64,000 bases of DNA from Azolla caroliniana (lineage: Eukaryota > Plantae > Polypodiophyta), in assembly GCA_043228905.1 (NCBI GenBank), contig JBHGNT010000003.1, forward strand, positions 15,500,001 through 15,564,000. The letters run 5' to 3'. This document shows, one piece after another, positions 61,308 to 64,000 of this stretch. The position numbers were made by a program, and so were the translations under genes. The stretch's first letter is position 1, and every line of letters starts with the position of its first letter. Below the pieces are notes generated by a model. That model was not told the DNA's origin, ran no database searches, and saw nothing but the letters and a program-made list of their open reading frames with translations.

Positions 61308-63547
61308 GTTACGGTGGTAGAATGGCAGACTCCGCGTTCGGTACGGGATGTGCAATGCTTCTTAGGCTTTGCCAATTTTTATCGGAAGTTCATACAAGAT
61401 TACTCAAAGATCGTTCTACCTCTCACACAACTTACGAGGAAGGGACAACCGTTCATCTGGTCTGAAGAAACAGACATGGCTTTCGAGAGTCTTAAAAAAG
61501 CATTTACATCGGCTCCAATTCTAGCTCATGTCGATCCGAAGAAACCATTCATTATCAAAGCTGACGCATCGGATTTTGCATTGGGGAGCATTCTGTCACA
61601 ACAGGGGAATGATGAAAAACTACATCCTGTGGCTTTTCACTCACGCAAGTTTGATGCCGCCGAAATCAACTATGAAATCCATGATAAGGAGCTATTGGCA
61701 ATAGTGGATTCTTTTATGCAATGGAGGCATTTTCTGGAGGGATCCTCTCATCTAGTCACCGTATTTAGTGACCACAAGAATCTTGCCTACTTTCAGGATG
61801 CTCGTGTGTTGAATCGACGTCAAGCTCGGTGGGCCCACTTCCTCACGCGTTTCGACTTCAAAATTACATATCGTCCGGGGAGGCACCAAGGGAAGGTAGA
61901 TGCATTATCACGGCGTTCGTATCTAGCACCCCGTCCCGGCGAACCAGCTTTCGATAACCAAAACAAGTCATCTTGGGACCGGCACAACTACAAGCAACAC
62001 AAATCTTTGACATGCCTATGGATTCCCGCGTTATTGATACCATACGTGAAGACTTGAAGACAGATGCGTTCGCCCAAGCTATACTAGCACAAATTGTTCC
62101 CTCTCGAGCGTCGTGTTCACAGTCGCAACCACCAGGTACAGACTATCGGCAATTCAAATACCATGATGGATTACTCTTCTTTAAAGAACTTTTGTATGTT
62201 CCGAATGGTTCTTGCTGCCTTCGAGTAGTACAAAACTGTCATGACACATATACAGCTGGGCATTCTGGTAGTACTAAAACATTACATTTAGTACAACGAT
62301 CATTCTGGTGGCCCTGTATGCGACAATTTGTCAAGGATTTTGTTCGGACTTGTGATACATGTTGCAGAGCGAAAATGCCAAGGCATCATCCATATGGTTT
62401 ATTAGAACCATTACCAATTCCAAGCAAGCCGTGGCAATCCATTGCTCTAGACTTCATCACAGATCTTCCAGTCTCTAAGGGGTTCAATGCGATTCTAACG
62501 GTGGTCGATCAATATACGAAGATGGCTCATTTCTTGCCATGTACTAAGGAGATCTCCAATGAAGACACTACCGAAATTGTCATGCGTGAAGTATGTCGGC
62601 ATCATGGACTCCCTGATAGTATCATCAGCGACCGTGGACCCCAGTTCGTGTCAAAATTCTGGAAGAACCTTTTTATAATACTCAAGGTCACTTGTAATCT
62701 CTCTTCCGGCTACCACCCACAAACTGACGGCCAAGCTGAACGAACAAATCAAACGTTGGAGCAGTATCTGCGGTGCTTTCTCAGCTATCATTAGGACGAC
62801 TGGGCAGATATTCTCCACTTCGCCGAATTTGCCTATAACAACTCTATCCACGCATCCACTAAAGTTACGCCATTTTATGCTTATACGGGATGTCACCCCC
62901 GGTGGAGTGTACTTGAAACCCCAGAGGTGTCCACAAATCCGTGCGCGGAGGATCGTTTGGAGCGGTTACGCAAGATACAAGCGGATTTATCTACTCATCT
63001 CCAGCAAGCTCAACAAACACACAAGGTCTACGTGGATCGTCATCGACTTCCATCTAGTTTTAATATTGGAGATCGGGTGTGGCTGCTACGACGACACATC
63101 GAGACTACTCGCCCATGTGAGAAGTTGGATTATCGGCGATTAGGTCCTTTCCGTATTATTGGAAAGATTAATGATGTTGCTTTTCGTCTCGATCTACCTC
63201 CTCAACTTCGGATACATCCGGTGTTTCATAGTTCTCTCTTCGAACCCTACCACGAGAGCACCATCCCAGAACGTCTTATCCAACCTCCACCCCCGATCGA
63301 GCTTGAAGATGGGCCGGAGTACGAGGTTGCCGCCATCCTTGATTCCAAGATTGTTCGCAACAAGCTCTACTATCTAGTCGATTGGCTAGGCTATAATCCC
63401 AGTGAACGTACTTGGGAACCGATCGAGAATGTAACCAATGCTCGTGCTCTTCTTGAAGACTTCCATCGTCAATATCCACACAAACCGGGTCCTCAATCCA
63501 AGACGACTCGTGACACTCGTCGTTTTAAAGGGGGGATAGTGTCATGA
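61308..63547 (+). pseudogene. pol: Tcn1-type pol: RT thumb, RNase H, integrase, chromodomain
   Basis: FLGFANFYRKFI, ADASDFALG, NYEIHDKELLAI, LDFITDLP, ISDRGPQF, HPQTDGQAER, YEVAAILDS...YLVDWLGY...TWEP. Confidence 0.93.
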
Positions 63548-63694
63548 TATGGCAAGACTTGAACCCATGACCTTAGGTTATATGGGTCGAGCCTCTTGAC
63601 CATTAGACCATCTATTGTAATACGTAGGATATTATTTTCATTTACATTTTATTATAGGAAATTAGTGTATATTCCAGATTTCTCTGGAACATTC

Positions 63695-64000
63695 TGTAAG
63701 GAATAGGTGCTTCTATTCACCTATGTCGGCTCGGCCACAACCGAGTAATCGCTGATCAATGGAGCAGAAAATAGGTACCTCTCGTAGAAAGAGACAAAAC
63801 ACGAGCACACAGGGATTTAACGTGGAAAACCCTAGATGGGAAAAACCACGGGAGTACAAGACTCCAAACAACACTATGCAAAGAGAAGTATACAGTGGCG
63901 AGCTCCAAGGCGACGACCTTGAGCTCGCTGTCCTCACCACAGGCGGCGGAAATACACAGAGGCGTCGTCCTCTTTCTCTCTCGCGCTCTATCTCTATCTC
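63695..64000 (-). mobile_element. Copia LTR (relative of the 55663 family) inserted in the Tcn1 3' LTR; runs off the window
   Basis: Match between the two Tcn1 LTRs stops at ..aacattc; then tgtaagg and the family core ctcggccacaaccga...aacgtggaaaaccc. Confidence 0.8.

Larger units (their letters stand above)
55178..63694 (+). mobile_element. Tcn1/Tf1-type self-priming chromovirus, internally deleted (most of gag, PR and RT lost)
   Basis: 5' LTR 55178-55598 (TGTCATG...CATGACA); non-tRNA PBS at 55601-55612; gag start MATVSAEE at 61144 fused to pol near 61308; PPT AAAGGGGGGATAG; 3' LTR from 63540, interrupted at 63695. Confidence 0.9.

Overview
This is eukaryotic, almost certainly land-plant DNA. 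The tRNA-iMet/Trp/Arg primer sites, CG/CHG decay and Tcn1-type self-priming chromoviruses suggest a non-seed plant such as a moss, liverwort or fern (inference). The whole 64 kb is a nest of transposable elements and I found no host gene. I resolved about 20 insertions: several Ty1/Copia elements (one intact and very young at 55663-61129), three kinds of Ty3/Gypsy (Athila-like with an accessory ORF, a tRNA-Trp-primed family with 4-bp TSDs, and chromoviruses), an L1-type LINE, solo LTRs and a hAT-like end. The most notable observations are: (1) tRNA-like Pol III box A/box B modules in the U3 of three separate Gypsy LTR families, all antisense to the element; (2) a four-LTR non-autonomous element with a preserved 2-LTR-circle junction that appears to have moved as one unit; (3) a Gypsy family making 4-bp TSDs centred on CG; (4) self-priming PBS hairpins; (5) two chromovirus copies with complementary deletions; (6) an accessory ORF family found both 3' of a Gypsy pol and pasted into a Copia integrase. 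Coordinates were read by eye: TSD-defined ends should be exact or nearly so, other boundaries are approximate.
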